A stretch of 64,000 nucleotides of DNA from Pseudomonadota bacterium (GTDB lineage Bacteria > Pseudomonadota > Alphaproteobacteria > Rickettsiales > UBA8987), in contig JBEHXK010000003.1 of NCBI GenBank assembly GCA_048498735.1, positions 58,147 through 122,146 on the forward strand. Reading direction: 5' to 3'. This document shows, one piece after another, positions 62,909 through 64,000 of the stretch (the first letter of the stretch is position 1; each line of letters begins with the position of its first letter). Position numbers and translations under genes: made by a program. The notes beneath the pieces were generated by a model. The model searched no databases. It saw nothing but the letters and a program-made list of their open reading frames with translations, and was not told the DNA's origin.

Positions 62909-64000
62909 ATGTATGTAAAACTGGTGCGGAATATACTCAACATAAGCGAAAATAACAAGAAGCTTGAGCTTTGCTGGCTGATACAAAGCGTCGGTGCTCT
63001 GGCGATAGCCGGTTTATTCGCGCTTTTCCTTGTTGTTGCACGCACGCCGGATATCAGCAAACTCTTCCCGTATAAAGATCTTTTCAAAACCACACTCACA
63101 ATTCACGTTAATTTATCAGTGCTCATCTGGCTTACCAGCATGAGCTGCACGATATTTTCTGCCCGCACAAAATTCATAAAACTCGGCTATCTATCATTTG
63201 CTATCTGCGCGCTTGGCACTATCATAATCGCCTGCAGCATTTTTGATGTTTCAGCCGAAGCTTTTCTTAACAATTATATTCCTGTATTAGGCAGCGAAGT
63301 TTTCCGTGCCGGTATATTCATATATTTCGCAGGACTGTTTCTGGCATCACTGCAAATATTCGGTTATGAAACTGATTCTCGTGAAATATATTTCTTCAAT
63401 ATTACTTCATTCTTCATAATCCTTGCCGCCTTCATTACATTATTTCTAACCTGGCATAAGCTTGAGTTGCCTGCCAATCATGGCGTCTATAATTACGCAG
63501 ATTATTACGAAAAGCTTTTCTGGGGATTCGGTCACATAGTTCAATTCCTTTATACTAACACTATGATGATCGCATTGTTCCTGCTTGTGAGCGAGATCAC
63601 CGGCATCACCAGTACTACACCTTCGAAAATTTTCTCATTCTTATTTAACTGTATATTTGCCTGCACCGGCGTTTTCATCATTTATAAATTTGATGTCACC
63701 AGCGTTGAATACACGCAATATTTCACCCGCCAGATGATAATGTTCGGTGGCCTTGCCCCATTAATTGCCATCATTACTATATTGCCGCTTCTCATCTTCA
63801 AATATTCAAGCTTCACTTCTGCGAAACCACAGCGTAATGCAATAATCTGGTGCATTATATTATTCATCGCCGGCGGGATAATCTCTACTTTCATTCGCGG
63901 CTCTAACACTATCATTCCGGCACATTATCACGGCGTGATCATTGGCATCAGCGTACTTTTCACCGGCCTGTGCTATCAGATCCTCCCAAAACTTGGTTAT
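62909..64000 (+). CDS. Polytopic membrane protein resembling heme-copper oxidase subunit I (partial, runs off the window end)
   Basis: I translated it by hand and found 364 codons with no stop from ATG 62909 to the window edge, which is why it is absent from the ORF track. Motifs are TLTIHVNL, FWGFGHIVQF and PAHYHGV. It is divergent from ctaA. Confidence 0.5.
   Translation, partial: MYVKLVRNILNISENNKKLELCWLIQSVGALAIAGLFALFLVVARTPDISKLFPYKDLFKTTLTIHVNLSVLIWLTSMSCTIFSARTKFIKLGYLSFAICALGTIIIACSIFDVSAEAFLNNYIPVLGSEVFRAGIFIYFAGLFLASLQIFGYETDSREIYFFNITSFFIILAAFITLFLTWHKLELPANHGVYNYADYYEKLFWGFGHIVQFLYTNTMMIALFLLVSEITGITSTTPSKIFSFLFNCIFACTGVFIIYKFDVTSVEYTQYFTRQMIMFGGLAPLIAIITILPLLIFKYSSFTSAKPQRNAIIWCIILFIAGGIISTFIRGSNTIIPAHYHGVIIGISVLFTGLCYQILPKLGY

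Overview
The window is an AT-rich chromosomal segment whose 16S rRNA gene and protein set look alphaproteobacterial. By eye it resembles the reduced, host-associated Rickettsiales/Holosporales-like lineages, but this needs a 16S database search to confirm. About 60 CDS are packed tightly and most are housekeeping: LPS/KDO (kdsA, kdsB), pyrimidine (pyrB plus a pyrC-like gene), thiamine (thiC, thiE), translation (rpmE, rpsP, rimM, lepA, prfB, der) and proteostasis (tig-clpP-clpX-lon). recJ, lnt, ftsA, glmU and ctaA are also present. There is one 16S rRNA gene with no 23S or 5S nearby, plus tRNA-Asp(GTC) and tRNA-Leu(TAG). I saw no transposase, integrase, phage, CRISPR or recognisable defence genes, and no clear novel multi-gene system. 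These observations deserve a second look: (1) two tandem, unusually large type IV pilin-like paralogues with no assembly genes nearby, one with His in place of the conserved Glu5; (2) the unlinked 16S gene, which keeps a leader/trailer processing stem and is flanked by two AT-rich orphan proteins that could be effectors; (3) a partial membrane protein next to ctaA that looks like a heme-copper oxidase subunit I but lacks the CuB His-His pair; (4) a heme-uptake locus with a near-perfect Fur box; (5) a catalytically degenerate PyrC-like partner of PyrB; (6) a minimal SET-domain protein inside a kdsA-thiC operon; (7) a subtilisin-type autotransporter; (8) the prfB programmed +1 frameshift. All calls come from reading the sequence and ORF translations by eye, and no database search was possible.
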